A DNA stretch of 64,000 bases from Pelagibacteraceae bacterium AG-447-E22 (GTDB lineage: Bacteria; Pseudomonadota; Alphaproteobacteria; Pelagibacterales; Pelagibacteraceae). This document shows, one piece after another, positions 7,056 through 19,003 of this stretch. The position numbers and the translations under genes are program-made. The stretch lies in NCBI GenBank assembly GCA_003212295.1, contig QCQC01000003.1:405-64404 (forward strand). The letters are read 5' to 3'. The number at the start of each line of letters is the position of its first letter. Positions within the stretch are counted from its first letter, which is position 1. Under the pieces are notes generated by a model, which worked only from the letters and a program-made list of their open reading frames with translations, did not search any database and was not told the DNA's origin.

Positions 7056-9107
7056 ATGGATATTAAAAGAAATTATAAGTATTTATTATCTGATCTTAGT
7101 ACTCTTAAGGGTGTAGGATTAAAAACAACAAATTTACTAAAAAAGAAAAAAATAAATAATATTTTTGATTTATTATGGAAATTACCTAAATCCTATACTG
7201 ATCGAAGTTTGTCATCAAAAGTTAAAGATTTAAAAATAAATGAAATACAAACTATAACTATAATCCCCCAAAAATATTCATTTCCTAGAATGAGGAACTT
7301 ACCAAATAGAGTTTTATGTAAAGATGAAACAGGTGAAATAGATTGTGTTTTTTTTAATAGCTATGAGGGATATATTAAGAAGATATTACCTTTAGGAAAA
7401 GAAATTACTATTAGTGGCAAAATTAAATATTTTCGAAATAAGTATCAATTAACAAATCCTAAATATATTTCTGAAGACTCCTCTATTATAAAACAAAAAC
7501 ATAATAGTTATTCTTTAACTGAAGGAATAAGTGAAAAGGTTTATAATAAAATAATATTACAAATTATTGATAATTTACCTAGAATTGATGAGTGGCATTC
7601 AAAAAATATATTAAAAAAATTTAATAACATAGGTTGGAATGACTCAATCAAAGAGTTACATAAACCTGAAAATATTGGTAAATTTAAAGAAAATTTTTAT
7701 CAAAGACTTGCTTTTGATGAAATTTTTTCAACCTTTTTAGTAAATTCTGAAATAAGAAAAAAAATCAAAAAGATTAAAAAAACAAAGAAAAAATTTAATA
7801 CAAAAAAACAAAATGAAATAATATCCAGATTAGATTTTTTATTAACCAATGACCAAACTAAAACATTAAATGAAATTAACAAAGATTTATGCTCAGATAA
7901 TAAAATGTTCAGATTGCTTCAGGGCGATGTTGGCAGTGGTAAAACCATAGTATCTTTATTATCTGCATTCAATACCATTAATTCTGGTTTTCAAGTAGCG
8001 GTAATGGCACCTACTGAAATATTAGCTAGGCAGCATTTTTTATTAGCTAAGAAAATATTCCCTAAAAATATTAAAATAGAATTACTTTCTGGAAAATCAA
8101 CTTATAAAGATAAAAAAAGTATTTTAGATAAATTGTTTAAAAAAGAGATTGATATAATTTTTGGAACACACTCTTTATTTCAGAAAAAAGTTGAATTTAA
8201 AAAATTAGGATTAATAATTATTGATGAACAACACAAATTTGGGGTAAATCAAAGAAAAAAATTATCTGATAAAGCTGGAAAAGATTGTGACGTTCTCTTA
8301 ATGACTGCAACACCAATTCCACGAACTTTAACAATGACTATTTACGGTGATATGGATCTATCAATTATACGTGAAAAACCAAATAATCGTAAACCTGTAA
8401 AAACTTATAGTAAAATTGAAAGTAAGATTGATGATGTAATAAAATTTATTAAGAAAGAAACACAACTTGGGAATCAAATTTTTTGGGTGTGCCCATTAAT
8501 AGAAGAATCAAAAAAAATTGACCATGCTTCAGCAGTTAAAAAATCTGAATATCTAAAAAAAATATTTCCTAATCAAGTTTTTTTACTCCATGGAAAAACA
8601 ACTATTGAGGAAAAAGAGAAAATCTTAAATAAATTTTTAAGAAATGAATTTAAGATTTTAGTTTCAACAACAATCATCGAGGTTGGCATAGATTTTCCCA
8701 ATGCAAATGTAATAGTAATAGAAAATGCAAATAAATTTGGATTATCTCAATTACATCAACTCAGAGGTAGGGTTGGAAGAGGTAGTAAAGAGTCTGCATG
8801 TATATTAATGTTTAAGTCAAATTTAAGTGAAAATGCCAAAAAAAGAATAAATATATTAAAAGATTCAAATGATGGATTTAAAATATCTGAAGAAGATATG
8901 AAATTGAGAGGTTTTGGAGATATTCTTGGTTTTAAACAAAGTGGAATTAAAAATTTTAAATTGGCAGATCCAATACATAATCATAATCTTTTTATTTTAG
9001 CTGAAAAGGAAATCAAAAGAATTGAAAATGATAAAGAAGATATAAGTAAATTTAAACCATTAATTAAATTATACGACCGAGCAGATATAATTAACGATAT
9101 TGCTTAA
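7056..9107 (+). CDS. recG: ATP-dependent DNA helicase RecG
   Basis: LQGDVGSGKT, DEQHKFG, MTATPIPRTL, QLHQLRGRVGRG. Confidence 0.97.
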   Translation: MDIKRNYKYLLSDLSTLKGVGLKTTNLLKKKKINNIFDLLWKLPKSYTDRSLSSKVKDLKINEIQTITIIPQKYSFPRMRNLPNRVLCKDETGEIDCVFFNSYEGYIKKILPLGKEITISGKIKYFRNKYQLTNPKYISEDSSIIKQKHNSYSLTEGISEKVYNKIILQIIDNLPRIDEWHSKNILKKFNNIGWNDSIKELHKPENIGKFKENFYQRLAFDEIFSTFLVNSEIRKKIKKIKKTKKKFNTKKQNEIISRLDFLLTNDQTKTLNEINKDLCSDNKMFRLLQGDVGSGKTIVSLLSAFNTINSGFQVAVMAPTEILARQHFLLAKKIFPKNIKIELLSGKSTYKDKKSILDKLFKKEIDIIFGTHSLFQKKVEFKKLGLIIIDEQHKFGVNQRKKLSDKAGKDCDVLLMTATPIPRTLTMTIYGDMDLSIIREKPNNRKPVKTYSKIESKIDDVIKFIKKETQLGNQIFWVCPLIEESKKIDHASAVKKSEYLKKIFPNQVFLLHGKTTIEEKEKILNKFLRNEFKILVSTTIIEVGIDFPNANVIVIENANKFGLSQLHQLRGRVGRGSKESACILMFKSNLSENAKKRINILKDSNDGFKISEEDMKLRGFGDILGFKQSGIKNFKLADPIHNHNLFILAEKEIKRIENDKEDISKFKPLIKLYDRADIINDIA

Positions 9108-9724
9108 TTCTTACCTGTAGATGTCCCTGCGGAAACAATAAATTTAGATGCTTCCTCAAATGTCATATCTAAATGTATAACTTCATCTAATGGAAACATA
9201 AGTAAAAAACCACTTGTAGGATTTGGAGTTGTTGGAACAAAGACGTTTATAAGTTTTTTATTTGTTTTTTCTGACATTTCGCCCTTATTTTCTTTTGTAG
9301 CAAAACCTACAGCCCAAACTCCTTTTCTTGGGTATTCGATTAAGACAACACTTTTTTTATCTTTATCATCTTTATTAGAAAATGTTTCTGTCATTTGAAC
9401 TATTGCAGAATAAATAGTTCTCAATACTGGAATTCTTTTGAATAAATCGTCAATAAGTTTTAGAATTCTTTTACCTAAAAATGATAATGATAAACCACCT
9501 ACTATTGTGATAAATAGAACTGATATTAAAATTTCAATTCCTGGTATTGCGTATGGTAGATAATTATTAGGATTTATATTTTGAGGAATAATATTTGAAG
9601 AAATTCCTATTATGAATTTAGTGAGATATAAAGTAAAACCTATTGGAATTAAAACTACAACACCCGTTATGAAATAATTCCTTAGTATTAAAGTCAGTGA
9701 TCTTTTTTTTCTATTTTTAGACAT
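9104..9724 (-). CDS. DUF502 family membrane protein
   Basis: RNYFITG, LIEYPRKG, VFVPTTPNPTSGFL motifs. Confidence 0.85.
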   Translation of the reverse strand: MSKNRKKRSLTLILRNYFITGVVVLIPIGFTLYLTKFIIGISSNIIPQNINPNNYLPYAIPGIEILISVLFITIVGGLSLSFLGKRILKLIDDLFKRIPVLRTIYSAIVQMTETFSNKDDKDKKSVVLIEYPRKGVWAVGFATKENKGEMSEKTNKKLINVFVPTTPNPTSGFLLMFPLDEVIHLDMTFEEASKFIVSAGTSTGKN

Positions 9725-9836
9725 AATTTCAATTAAAACTCGAGTAAATTACAAAAGTAATAGCAATAATAAAAAGGAATAATAAAATTTTATTATTTAG
9801 ATTCATTACTAAATATAATATCAATGTATAGATAAA

Positions 9837-10661
9837 ATGAATAGAAGAAAATTTTTATCATATATAGGATGTGGATGCTGTGGTTTTTTTATAAATTCTT
9901 GTGCCACAGCCCCTATTACAGAGAGAAGACAATTTAAGATAGTATCAGAGGCTAAACTTAATGCACAAGCTGCTCAAATATTTGAGAAAGTTAAAGAAAA
10001 AGAAAAACTAATTACTGACTCCAAACTAGACCTTATTAAAAATGTAGGAAAAAGAATGGAAGATTCTATAGGTGAGTATTTTTATCAAGCAAAATTAGAT
10101 GATCCTACTGCATTATTTGATTGGGAATATATATTAATTGATAATAAAAAAGTTAGAAATGCATGGTGTATGCCTGGAGGTAAAATTGCTGTTTACTCAG
10201 GTATGCTTGAAGTAACAAAAAATACTAATGGACTTGCTGCAGTTATGGGGCATGAAATAGCACATGCTGTTGCGAAACATTCTGTTGAGCGTGCTAGCAG
10301 AGGTTCTGTTTTAAACGTTGGTACTGCGGTAATAGATGTATTGTCTGGGGGAAAATTATCTCAAATAAATAGGACAACTGGTATGAATACAGTTGGCTTG
10401 TTATCTCAAATTGGAATAATGAACCCATTTAACAGAAAACAGGAAAGTGAAGCAGATTATTTGGGAATGATTTTCTCGTCTCTCTCAGGTTATGATATTA
10501 GAGAAACAACAAAAATTTGGGAAAGAATGAAAGAATTTAATAAAGGAAAAACTCCTCCAGAATTTATGAGTACTCATCCATCAGCAGATAACAGAATAAA
10601 AAAAATAAATGGATGGACTAATGAAATTATTATTAAATATCCACCAATTAACATTTCATAG
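9837..10661 (+). CDS. M48 family metallopeptidase (probable lipoprotein)
   Basis: NAWCMPGGKI, HEIAH, QESEAD, MSTHPS; N-terminal NRRKFL and INSC. Confidence 0.9.
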   Translation: MNRRKFLSYIGCGCCGFFINSCATAPITERRQFKIVSEAKLNAQAAQIFEKVKEKEKLITDSKLDLIKNVGKRMEDSIGEYFYQAKLDDPTALFDWEYILIDNKKVRNAWCMPGGKIAVYSGMLEVTKNTNGLAAVMGHEIAHAVAKHSVERASRGSVLNVGTAVIDVLSGGKLSQINRTTGMNTVGLLSQIGIMNPFNRKQESEADYLGMIFSSLSGYDIRETTKIWERMKEFNKGKTPPEFMSTHPSADNRIKKINGWTNEIIIKYPPINIS

Positions 10662-10669
10662 AATATTAA

Positions 10670-10745
<76 letters not shown>

Positions 10746-10816
10746 AAAAGTACAACGTATATACATAATTATTTGAATAATTCAAATGAGAATTTGTGAC
10801 TAAAATTGTTTCACCC

Positions 10817-11929
10817 TTACAACTTATTTATGTATTTATCGTGAAAATCATGAAAAGTGCCTTTGTCTATATTTTTTCTAATTTCAGTCATTAATTCTTG
10901 GTAAAAATTTATATTATTAAGCGTTAAAATCATTGATCCAAGAATTTCATTAGTATTAAAGAGATGATTTAAATAATTTTTTGAATATTTGTTTAGATTT
11001 AAGTTATTACATTTTTCATCCAAAGGAGTATTGTCATTTTGATATTTTTTATTTTTTATGTTGATTCTTCCATTCCAAGTAAATGCTAAGCCTGTTCTAC
11101 CAGACCTTGTTGGCATTACACAATCAAACATATCGATTCCTCTTTTTACAGCGCCCAATATATCTGAGGGAGTCCCTACACCCATTAAATAATGAGGTTT
11201 ATCTTCTGGAAGTTTATCCTTAAGATGATCTAAGACAGAAAACATCTCTTTTTGAGACTCGCCTACAGCTAAACCTCCAACAGCGTAACCATCAAAATTA
11301 ATTTCTAATAGTCTCTTGAGAGACTCCAATCTTAAATCTTTAAAAAGACCGCCTTGAATAATTCCGAATAATGCTTTGTGAGAATTTTCTCCAAAAGCAT
11401 CTTTTGATCTTTTTGCCCAATATAAAGATAGATTCATAGATTTTTTAATTAATTCATAATCATTAGTATTTTTAGGACATTCATCCATAATCATGACTAT
11501 ATCTGAATTTAAACCTAGTTGAATTCTTATGCTTTCCTCAGGACTTAGAAAAAATTTTTTTCCATCCACATGAGAATTAAATATTGCTCCCTTTTCTTTA
11601 TCAATCTTATTTAATTTTGAAAGTGACATCACTTGAAAACCTCCAGAGTCAGTAAGTATTGGAAGATCACAATTCATAAATTTATGTAGTCCACCAGCAT
11701 TTTGTATTCTTTCTACGCCTGGGCGTATCATTAGATGATAAGTATTACCTAAAATTATTTCAGATCCTGTTTTTTTTATATCATCTATTGTGCAAGCTTT
11801 TACAGTTGCTTGAGTTCCAACAGGCATAAACGCTGGTGTATTTATATTTCCTCGATGAGTTTCAATTAAACCCCGCCTTGCATTATTATCAGTATTCAAA
11901 ACTTTAAAGGCAAATTTTTTTAATGCCAT
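10817..11929 (-). CDS. tgt: tRNA-guanine transglycosylase
   Basis: TPAFMPVGT, LTDSGGFQV, DEC, GGLAVGE, DMFDCVMPTR. Confidence 0.96.
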   Translation of the reverse strand: MALKKFAFKVLNTDNNARRGLIETHRGNINTPAFMPVGTQATVKACTIDDIKKTGSEIILGNTYHLMIRPGVERIQNAGGLHKFMNCDLPILTDSGGFQVMSLSKLNKIDKEKGAIFNSHVDGKKFFLSPEESIRIQLGLNSDIVMIMDECPKNTNDYELIKKSMNLSLYWAKRSKDAFGENSHKALFGIIQGGLFKDLRLESLKRLLEINFDGYAVGGLAVGESQKEMFSVLDHLKDKLPEDKPHYLMGVGTPSDILGAVKRGIDMFDCVMPTRSGRTGLAFTWNGRINIKNKKYQNDNTPLDEKCNNLNLNKYSKNYLNHLFNTNEILGSMILTLNNINFYQELMTEIRKNIDKGTFHDFHDKYINKL

Positions 11930-11936
11930 TTAAAAT

Positions 11937-12497
11937 CTATAATGATTTAAAACTAATTATTTTATCTGGATCTGAAACAGAACCATTGTTATTTTCATCG
12001 CCTCTTTTAATTTTGTCAACAAATTCCATTCCAGAAATAACTTTTCCAAAAACAGTGTATTGTCTATCCAAAAAAGGCGCAGGTTTAAAACATATAAAAA
12101 ATTGGCTATTTGCACTATTAGGATCTGATGATCTAGCCATTGAGAGTGTGCCTCTATCATGAGGCAAATTATTAAACTCTTGTTTTAAATCGGGTAAGTC
12201 AGAGCCACCCATACCAGCCATTCTTAAATTAAAATCTTTCGAATTTGAGTTTCCAAATTTAACATCGCCGGTTTGAGCCATAAAACCATCGATAACTCTA
12301 TGAAAAACTACATTGTCATATTTTCCTGCATTGGCTAATTCTTTAATTCTTTTTACGTGATTAGGTGCTACATCTTCAAATAGTTCAATCTTTACATCCC
12401 CATCTTTTAGTTTTAAAATCATAATATTCTCCTCTGACTTGGTTTGATTAGTAATTAAAAAAAGTAAAATAAGAATTTTTAAAATTATCTTATTCAT
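11937..12497 (-). CDS. Cyclophilin-type peptidyl-prolyl isomerase (exported)
   Basis: FHRVIDGFMAQTGD, SMARS, SANSQFFI; signal peptide. Confidence 0.93.
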   Translation of the reverse strand: MNKIILKILILLFLITNQTKSEENIMILKLKDGDVKIELFEDVAPNHVKRIKELANAGKYDNVVFHRVIDGFMAQTGDVKFGNSNSKDFNLRMAGMGGSDLPDLKQEFNNLPHDRGTLSMARSSDPNSANSQFFICFKPAPFLDRQYTVFGKVISGMEFVDKIKRGDENNNGSVSDPDKIISFKSL

Positions 12498-12984
12498 ATT
12501 TTTCTTTTAATAATTTTATTGTACTTTTAGTGGTAAATTTTTTGATATCACCTTTTAATTTTACAATCTCCTTTACAAATTTGGATGAAATAATTTGATT
12601 TTCTACATCAGACATCAAAAATAATGTTTCAATCTTATTATTCAATTTTCTATTCATTCCAGCTAATTGAAATTCGTATTCAAAATCAGATACAGCTCTT
12701 AATCCTCTTAAAATAATATTTGATTTATATTTTTTACATAAATCTGTAGTTAAAGTTGTAAAACTAATAATGATTATTTTTCTTTTATCTAATTTAAGAT
12801 CAAAAAATAAAGCTTTATTAACAATTTGAATTCTTTCGTCTGAGTCAAATAAATAGTTTTTATTATCCACATTTGATACAGCAACTACAATTTTATCAAA
12901 TAGTTTTAAGCCTTTTTTGATAACATCAATATGACCAAAAGTTATTGGATCAAATGTACCTGGATAAATAGCAACTTTTTTCAT
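12490..12984 (-). CDS. coaD: Phosphopantetheine adenylyltransferase
   Basis: YPGTFDPITFGH, RGLRAVSDFEYE. Confidence 0.97.
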   Translation of the reverse strand: MKKVAIYPGTFDPITFGHIDVIKKGLKLFDKIVVAVSNVDNKNYLFDSDERIQIVNKALFFDLKLDKRKIIIISFTTLTTDLCKKYKSNIILRGLRAVSDFEYEFQLAGMNRKLNNKIETLFLMSDVENQIISSKFVKEIVKLKGDIKKFTTKSTIKLLKEKYE

Positions 12985-15563
12985 TAAATTAAATTATCAT
13001 CAATTTTGTTAGCAGAAACAACTTTTTCTTCTCCAGATAATTTAATTATTCTAACACCTTGAGTGTTTCTTCCAGCAGTTCTAATTTCCTTTACTGCAAC
13101 TCGGATTACTCTTCCTTTATTGGTAGATATAAGTATTTCATCACCTTCATACACAGGAAAAGAAGATGAAATATTTCCATTTCTTGGTGAATTTACAATT
13201 CCGATGATTCCTTTACCACCTCTATTAGTTACTCTATATTCTGTATGGTTTGTTTTCTTTCCAAAGCCATTCTCAGTAATTGATAATATAAACTTTTCTT
13301 TGGCTTTTAATTCTGATTTTTCATCTTTTGATTTTTTACCATTTTTTTTAAATTTATCATTTTCTATAATTGAAAGAGAAACAATTTGATCATTAGGAGA
13401 TAAAACTATTCCTTTTATACCTTTTGATGATCTACCTTTAAAAACTCTCAATTTTTTTGACTCAAAACGAATACATTTTCCTAATTTAGTGCTTAAAATA
13501 ATATCTTGATCATCTTTGCAAATTTTAACTCCGACTATTTTATCGTTAGTATCTAATTTCATTGCGATTTTTCCTGAACTATTGATAGAAGAGAAATCCT
13601 CTAAACTATTTTTTCTAATTTTTCCTTGAGCTGTAGCGAAAACAATTTGATAGTTTTTCATTTCAGACTCATCGTCTGGAAAAGGCATAATCGAACTTAT
13701 AGATTGATGGTTTTTTAATGGAAGAATATTAAATAATGATTTTCCCTTAGATACAGATGATCCCTCAGGTATCTTCCAAGCTTTGATTCTATAGACTAAT
13801 CCTTCAGTTGAAAAAAATAAAACTGAGGTATGTGTATTGACAGATAAAGTTTGTACAACTGAGTCCTCATTTCTCGTAGTGATACCTGTTTTTCCCTTCC
13901 CTCCTCTTTTTTGTGTCTTAACGCTATTGAGTGATCCACGCTTGATATAACCCTGCAATGTTACAGTAATTAATACTGATTGTTTTTGAATTGTTTCTTC
14001 AATATCATAATTTAATACTGCATCAATTATTTTGGTTCTTCGAGGTGATGAATATTTGTCTTTAATATTTTTTAATTCTTCACTAATAACTTTTAACAAT
14101 TCTTTTTTGGATGAAATTATCTTTTTATATTTTGTAATTAATTCAGATAGCTTTTTAATCTCAATTTCAATTTCGTTAATTCCTAAAGCAGTTAATTTTT
14201 GTAATCTTAGTTCTAATATAGCATTAACTTGTAAAACTGATAATGAATATAAAGTTTTAGATTTTGCTTTTTCAACAAGGGAAATTAATTTTTTGGACTT
14301 ATTAATTTTCCATTTAGTTTGTAAAAGAGATTTTTTTGCATCTTCAGGATTTTTTGATGATCTAATTATTTTTATAACTTTATCCAAGTTGTCAACTGAT
14401 ACTGATAAACCAATCAAAATATGAGCTCTCTCTTCTGCTTTTTGTAAATCAAATTTAGTTTTTTTTACTACAACATCCTCTCTAAAAGATAAAAAATTTG
14501 ATAGGAAATCTTTTAAATTACATGTCTCAGGTTTTCCATCTACAATGGCAAGTGTGTTAAATCCAAATGAGCTTTCTATTTGAGTATTCTTATAAAGTTG
14601 TCTTTTAACGGTTTCAGGCTCTACACCATTTCTTAAATCTATTGAAACTCTAATCCCCTCTCGATTAGACTCATCTCTTATATCTCTGATACCTTCAATC
14701 TTTTTTTCTCTTACTAACTGAGCAATTCTCTCATTTAAAACAGATTTGTTAACTTGATATGGTATTGAAGTTATGACCAATCTTTCTCTACCATTTTTTA
14801 AACTTTCAATAGAAATTTCACCCCTGATCTTAAATGAACCTCTACCTTTATTATATCCTTGTTTAATCATATCTTTTCCAATTATCACTCCACCGGTAGG
14901 AAAATCAGGACCTGGTATATGCTTCATAAGATCCTTAATCTTAATATCTTTGTTTTCAATTAGTGCTAATGTACCATTAATTATTTCACCTAAATTATGT
15001 GGAGGTATACTCGTTGCCATACCAACGGCTATACCACCTGCTCCATTTACTAAAAGATTTGGGTATTGAGCTGGAAGAACAGATGGTTCTTTTTCAGTTT
15101 CGTCATAATTACTTTTAAATTCGATTGTATTTTTTTCTATATCATCTATTAAAAATTGTGAAACTTTAGATAATCTTGTTTCCGTATACCTCATAGCTGC
15201 GGCAGGATCTCCATCAATAGATCCAAAATTTCCTTGTCCATCAACTAAAGGTAAACTCATTGAGAAATCTTGAACCATACGAACTAAAGCATCATAGACA
15301 GACTGATCACCATGAGGATGATATTTACCAATTACGTCTCCAACTATTCTGGCTGATTTTCTAAATTGTTTTGACCAATCATAACCCCCTTTATACATAG
15401 CGTATAAAATTCTTCTATGAACAGGTTTTAATCCATCTCGTACATCTGGAAGAGCTCTACTAACAATTACACTCATTGCATAAGAAAGATAAGATGAGGT
15501 CATCTCATCATGCATTGATATCTGTTTTATATTCTTATCTTCAGTAATTTCAGTTTTTTGCAT
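12984..15563 (-). CDS. gyrA: DNA gyrase subunit A
   Basis: [23 protein letters not shown], GyrA box QKRGGKG. Confidence 0.98.
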   Translation of the reverse strand: MQKTEITEDKNIKQISMHDEMTSSYLSYAMSVIVSRALPDVRDGLKPVHRRILYAMYKGGYDWSKQFRKSARIVGDVIGKYHPHGDQSVYDALVRMVQDFSMSLPLVDGQGNFGSIDGDPAAAMRYTETRLSKVSQFLIDDIEKNTIEFKSNYDETEKEPSVLPAQYPNLLVNGAGGIAVGMATSIPPHNLGEIINGTLALIENKDIKIKDLMKHIPGPDFPTGGVIIGKDMIKQGYNKGRGSFKIRGEISIESLKNGRERLVITSIPYQVNKSVLNERIAQLVREKKIEGIRDIRDESNREGIRVSIDLRNGVEPETVKRQLYKNTQIESSFGFNTLAIVDGKPETCNLKDFLSNFLSFREDVVVKKTKFDLQKAEERAHILIGLSVSVDNLDKVIKIIRSSKNPEDAKKSLLQTKWKINKSKKLISLVEKAKSKTLYSLSVLQVNAILELRLQKLTALGINEIEIEIKKLSELITKYKKIISSKKELLKVISEELKNIKDKYSSPRRTKIIDAVLNYDIEETIQKQSVLITVTLQGYIKRGSLNSVKTQKRGGKGKTGITTRNEDSVVQTLSVNTHTSVLFFSTEGLVYRIKAWKIPEGSSVSKGKSLFNILPLKNHQSISSIMPFPDDESEMKNYQIVFATAQGKIRKNSLEDFSSINSSGKIAMKLDTNDKIVGVKICKDDQDIILSTKLGKCIRFESKKLRVFKGRSSKGIKGIVLSPNDQIVSLSIIENDKFKKNGKKSKDEKSELKAKEKFILSITENGFGKKTNHTEYRVTNRGGKGIIGIVNSPRNGNISSSFPVYEGDEILISTNKGRVIRVAVKEIRTAGRNTQGVRIIKLSGEEKVVSANKIDDNLI

Positions 15564-15569
15564 AGAAAA

Positions 15570-16022
15570 TTAAAATGGAATTTCGTCGTCCATGTCATTT
15601 GATATTTGTGAAATATCATCATTATTGGAAGATTGACTTTTATCATTAGCTATGCCACCGCCAGAATTGCCACCACCTAACATAGTTAAAGATGAATTGT
15701 AACCTTGAATAACGATTTCAGTAGAGTATTTATCTTGACCTGATTGTTCATCTTTCCATTTTCTTGTCGTTAATTGTCCCTCTACATAAATTTGTGCACC
15801 TTTTTTTAGGTATTGTTGAACGACATTTACTAATCCTTCATTAAATACAACTACACGGTGCCACTCTGTTTTTTCTTTTTTTTCACCTGTATTTTTGTCT
15901 TTCCAGGATTGGCTTGTAGCAAGACTTAATCTTGCAACATTCTTGCCATTTACCATTTGTTTAATTTCTGGGTCTGCGCCCAAACGACCAATTAAAAGTA
16001 CTTTATTTAAACTTCCAGCCAT
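15570..16022 (-). CDS. ssb: Single-stranded DNA-binding protein
   Basis: LNKVLLIGRLGADPE, TEWHRVV, C-terminal DDEIPF. Confidence 0.98.
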   Translation of the reverse strand: MAGSLNKVLLIGRLGADPEIKQMVNGKNVARLSLATSQSWKDKNTGEKKEKTEWHRVVVFNEGLVNVVQQYLKKGAQIYVEGQLTTRKWKDEQSGQDKYSTEIVIQGYNSSLTMLGGGNSGGGIANDKSQSSNNDDISQISNDMDDEIPF

Positions 16023-16112
16023 AATATTTTAATATCTGTTAAATTTGTTTATTAGAATTATATCACAATTTACTCTGAATAATAATTTTATTAAGTCAAA
16101 GCAACTAAAATT

Positions 16113-18968
16113 ATGATTAAAAAGATAGTTATTAAGGGAGCTAAAGAGCACAATTTAAAGAATATTTCTTTAGAAGTACCGAAGGATAAATTTATAGTCA
16201 TTACGGGTCTTTCAGGATCAGGAAAATCATCATTAGCTTTTGATACTATTTATGCTGAAGGACAAAGAAGGTATGTAGAGAGTTTATCAGCTTACGCAAG
16301 ACAGTTTTTAGACAAAATGAAAAAGCCAAATGTGGATTTAATTGAAGGTCTCAGCCCGGCTATATCAATAGAACAAAAGAATACATCTAAGAATCCTAGA
16401 TCAACTGTCGCAACTGTAACAGAGATTTATGATTATATGAGGGTGCTCTACGCAAGAGCTGGAATACCTTATTCACCTTTTACAGGAAAGCCTATAGAAT
16501 CCCAAACAATTTCTCAAATAGTGGATAAGATTAAAAAACTTCCCAAAAAATCTACCATTTATTTGTATGCACCAGTTGTTAGAGGTCGTAAAGGAGAATA
16601 CAAAAAAGAAATATTAAACTATAAAAAAAGAGGATTTAGAAAAATCAAAATTGATAATGTTTTATATGAAATTGATAATATTCCAGAATTAAACAAAAAA
16701 ATAAAACACGATATTTCTATTCTTGTAGACAGAATAGTTCTAAATTCTTCTTTAGGAAATAGATTGGCCGAAAGTATTGAAACATCTGTAAATATAGCCA
16801 ATGGTTTACTATTTGTTGAATATGAAGATGAAACATTACCAAAAAAATTTAGAAAAATAGAAAAATTAATTTTTTCTACAAAATTTGCGTGCCCAGAAAG
16901 CGGATTTACAATTGAAGAAATAGAACCAAGATTGTTTTCTTTCAATAGTCCTTTCGGAGCTTGTGAAGAATGTGAGGGTATTGGTATAAAACTAAATGTT
17001 GATCCAAATCTAGTAATTCCTAACGAAAAAAAAACTATTTCAGATGGTGCTATAGAGCCTTGGGCAAAGACAACCACTTTATATTATGCTCAAACATTAG
17101 CATCTTTAGCTAAACATTATAATTTTTCGCTTGATGAAAAATGGTCAAAACTTCCAAAAAAAATAAAAGATATTATTCTTTATGGGTCAGATGATGATGA
17201 AATAAAATTTACTTATGATGATGGTTATGAAAAATATTCACATAAAAAAACTTTTGAGGGAGTTATTAATAATTTAGAAAGAAGATATTTAGAAACTGAT
17301 AGTGATTGGAAAAGAGAAGAAATAGCTCAATATCAATCAGATACAAAATGTGAAAGATGTAATGGACACAGACTTAAAGATGAAGCTTTATGCGTTAAAA
17401 TTGATGGTTTGCATATAAGTGAAGTAACAGAAAAATCAATTTTAGATGCTGCTAAATGGTTTGAAAATTTAAACAATAGTCTTGATAAAAGACAGATAAA
17501 AATTGCAGAACATATCTTAAAAGAAATAAATGAAAGATTAAATTTTTTACTCAATGTTGGTTTAGATTACTTGACCTTATCTAGAGAATCTGGAACTCTT
17601 TCAGGTGGAGAAGCACAACGTATAAGATTAGCTTCACAAATAGGATCGGGTTTAACTGGAGTATTATATGTGTTGGACGAACCATCAATAGGGCTTCATC
17701 AAAAAGATAATGTAAAACTTATAAACGCTCTTAAAAGATTAAGAGATTTAGGAAATACAGTAATAGTAGTTGAACACGATACAGAAACAATGGAAAATGC
17801 TGATCATATAATTGATCTTGGTCCACAAGCTGGCAATAATGGTGGTGAGGTTGTTGCTCAAGGATCAATTAAAGAAATAACACAAAATAAGGATAGCATA
17901 ACTGGTAAATATCTTTCAAATAAACTTAAAATTAATGTTCCTCAAAAAAGAAGACTTGCAAAGAATGGAAGATTTTTAGAAATCACAGGTGCTACCGGTA
18001 ATAATTTAGACAATGTCAATTTAAAAATACCATTAGGAAGTTTAACTTGTGTCACTGGAGTTTCTGGCAGCGGAAAATCTACACTTGTATTACAAACTCT
18101 ATATAACGCTTTGAACCTTACACTGAATAATAATAAATCTAGAAAAATTCCAAAACCATTTAAAAATTTTAAAGGAACAGAATTAGTTGATAAAATAATT
18201 GACATTGATCAATCACCAATAGGAAGAACACCCAGATCAAATCCTGCTACTTATACAGGTGCCTTTGGTCCAATTAGAGATTGGTTCACAAACTTACCAG
18301 AGTCTAAAACAAGAGGATATAAGCCTGGTAGATTTTCTTTTAATGTAAAAGGTGGAAGATGCGAAGCATGTGAAGGTGACGGTGTCATAACATATGAAAT
18401 GCATTTTCTTCCTGATGTTTATATTCAATGTGATGAATGCAAAGGTACAAGATATAATAGAGAAACTCTTGAAATAAAATTTAAAGATAAAAGTATTGCA
18501 GACGTTCTTAATATGACTGTAGATGAAGGATGTGAATATTTTGAAAATATTTCTAATATAAAAACAAAATTACTTACATTAAAAAAAGTTGGTTTGGGGT
18601 ATATCAAAATAGGTCAACAAGCTACGACACTCTCTGGTGGTGAGGCTCAAAGAATAAAATTAGCCAAAGAATTATCAAAAAGATCAACAGGTAGAACAAT
18701 GTATATATTAGATGAGCCCACTACTGGTTTACATCAGCACGATATTAAAAAATTATTAGAAATTCTACACACATTTGTAGCCTTGGGAAATACAGTAGTT
18801 GTAATTGAGCATAATCTAGACGTGATTAAAACAGCAGACTATATAGTTGATATGGGTCCCGAAGGTGGTGTAAAAGGTGGAAAAATTATCGCAGAAGGCA
18901 AACCAGAGGAAATTTGTAAAGTAGATAAGAGTTATACAGGAAAATTCTTGAGACCATTATTAAACTAA
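16113..18968 (+). CDS. uvrA: Excinuclease ABC subunit A
   Basis: Two ABC ATPase domains ([27 protein letters not shown]) and CxxC zinc modules. Confidence 0.98.
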   Translation: MIKKIVIKGAKEHNLKNISLEVPKDKFIVITGLSGSGKSSLAFDTIYAEGQRRYVESLSAYARQFLDKMKKPNVDLIEGLSPAISIEQKNTSKNPRSTVATVTEIYDYMRVLYARAGIPYSPFTGKPIESQTISQIVDKIKKLPKKSTIYLYAPVVRGRKGEYKKEILNYKKRGFRKIKIDNVLYEIDNIPELNKKIKHDISILVDRIVLNSSLGNRLAESIETSVNIANGLLFVEYEDETLPKKFRKIEKLIFSTKFACPESGFTIEEIEPRLFSFNSPFGACEECEGIGIKLNVDPNLVIPNEKKTISDGAIEPWAKTTTLYYAQTLASLAKHYNFSLDEKWSKLPKKIKDIILYGSDDDEIKFTYDDGYEKYSHKKTFEGVINNLERRYLETDSDWKREEIAQYQSDTKCERCNGHRLKDEALCVKIDGLHISEVTEKSILDAAKWFENLNNSLDKRQIKIAEHILKEINERLNFLLNVGLDYLTLSRESGTLSGGEAQRIRLASQIGSGLTGVLYVLDEPSIGLHQKDNVKLINALKRLRDLGNTVIVVEHDTETMENADHIIDLGPQAGNNGGEVVAQGSIKEITQNKDSITGKYLSNKLKINVPQKRRLAKNGRFLEITGATGNNLDNVNLKIPLGSLTCVTGVSGSGKSTLVLQTLYNALNLTLNNNKSRKIPKPFKNFKGTELVDKIIDIDQSPIGRTPRSNPATYTGAFGPIRDWFTNLPESKTRGYKPGRFSFNVKGGRCEACEGDGVITYEMHFLPDVYIQCDECKGTRYNRETLEIKFKDKSIADVLNMTVDEGCEYFENISNIKTKLLTLKKVGLGYIKIGQQATTLSGGEAQRIKLAKELSKRSTGRTMYILDEPTTGLHQHDIKKLLEILHTFVALGNTVVVIEHNLDVIKTADYIVDMGPEGGVKGGKIIAEGKPEEICKVDKSYTGKFLRPLLN

Positions 18969-19003
18969 TAAATTGTTATAATAAAGATAATATAGTATAT
19001 ATT

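Noticed and set aside
15295-15325. Gyr[15 protein letters not shown] (Gln at the Ser83-equivalent) as acquired quinolone resistance
   Set aside because: Non-Ser residues at this position are common natural variants in alphaproteobacteria.
16023-16112. LexA/SOS box between ssb and uvrA
   Set aside because: No GTTC-N7-GTTC or GAAC-N7-GAAC match is visible.
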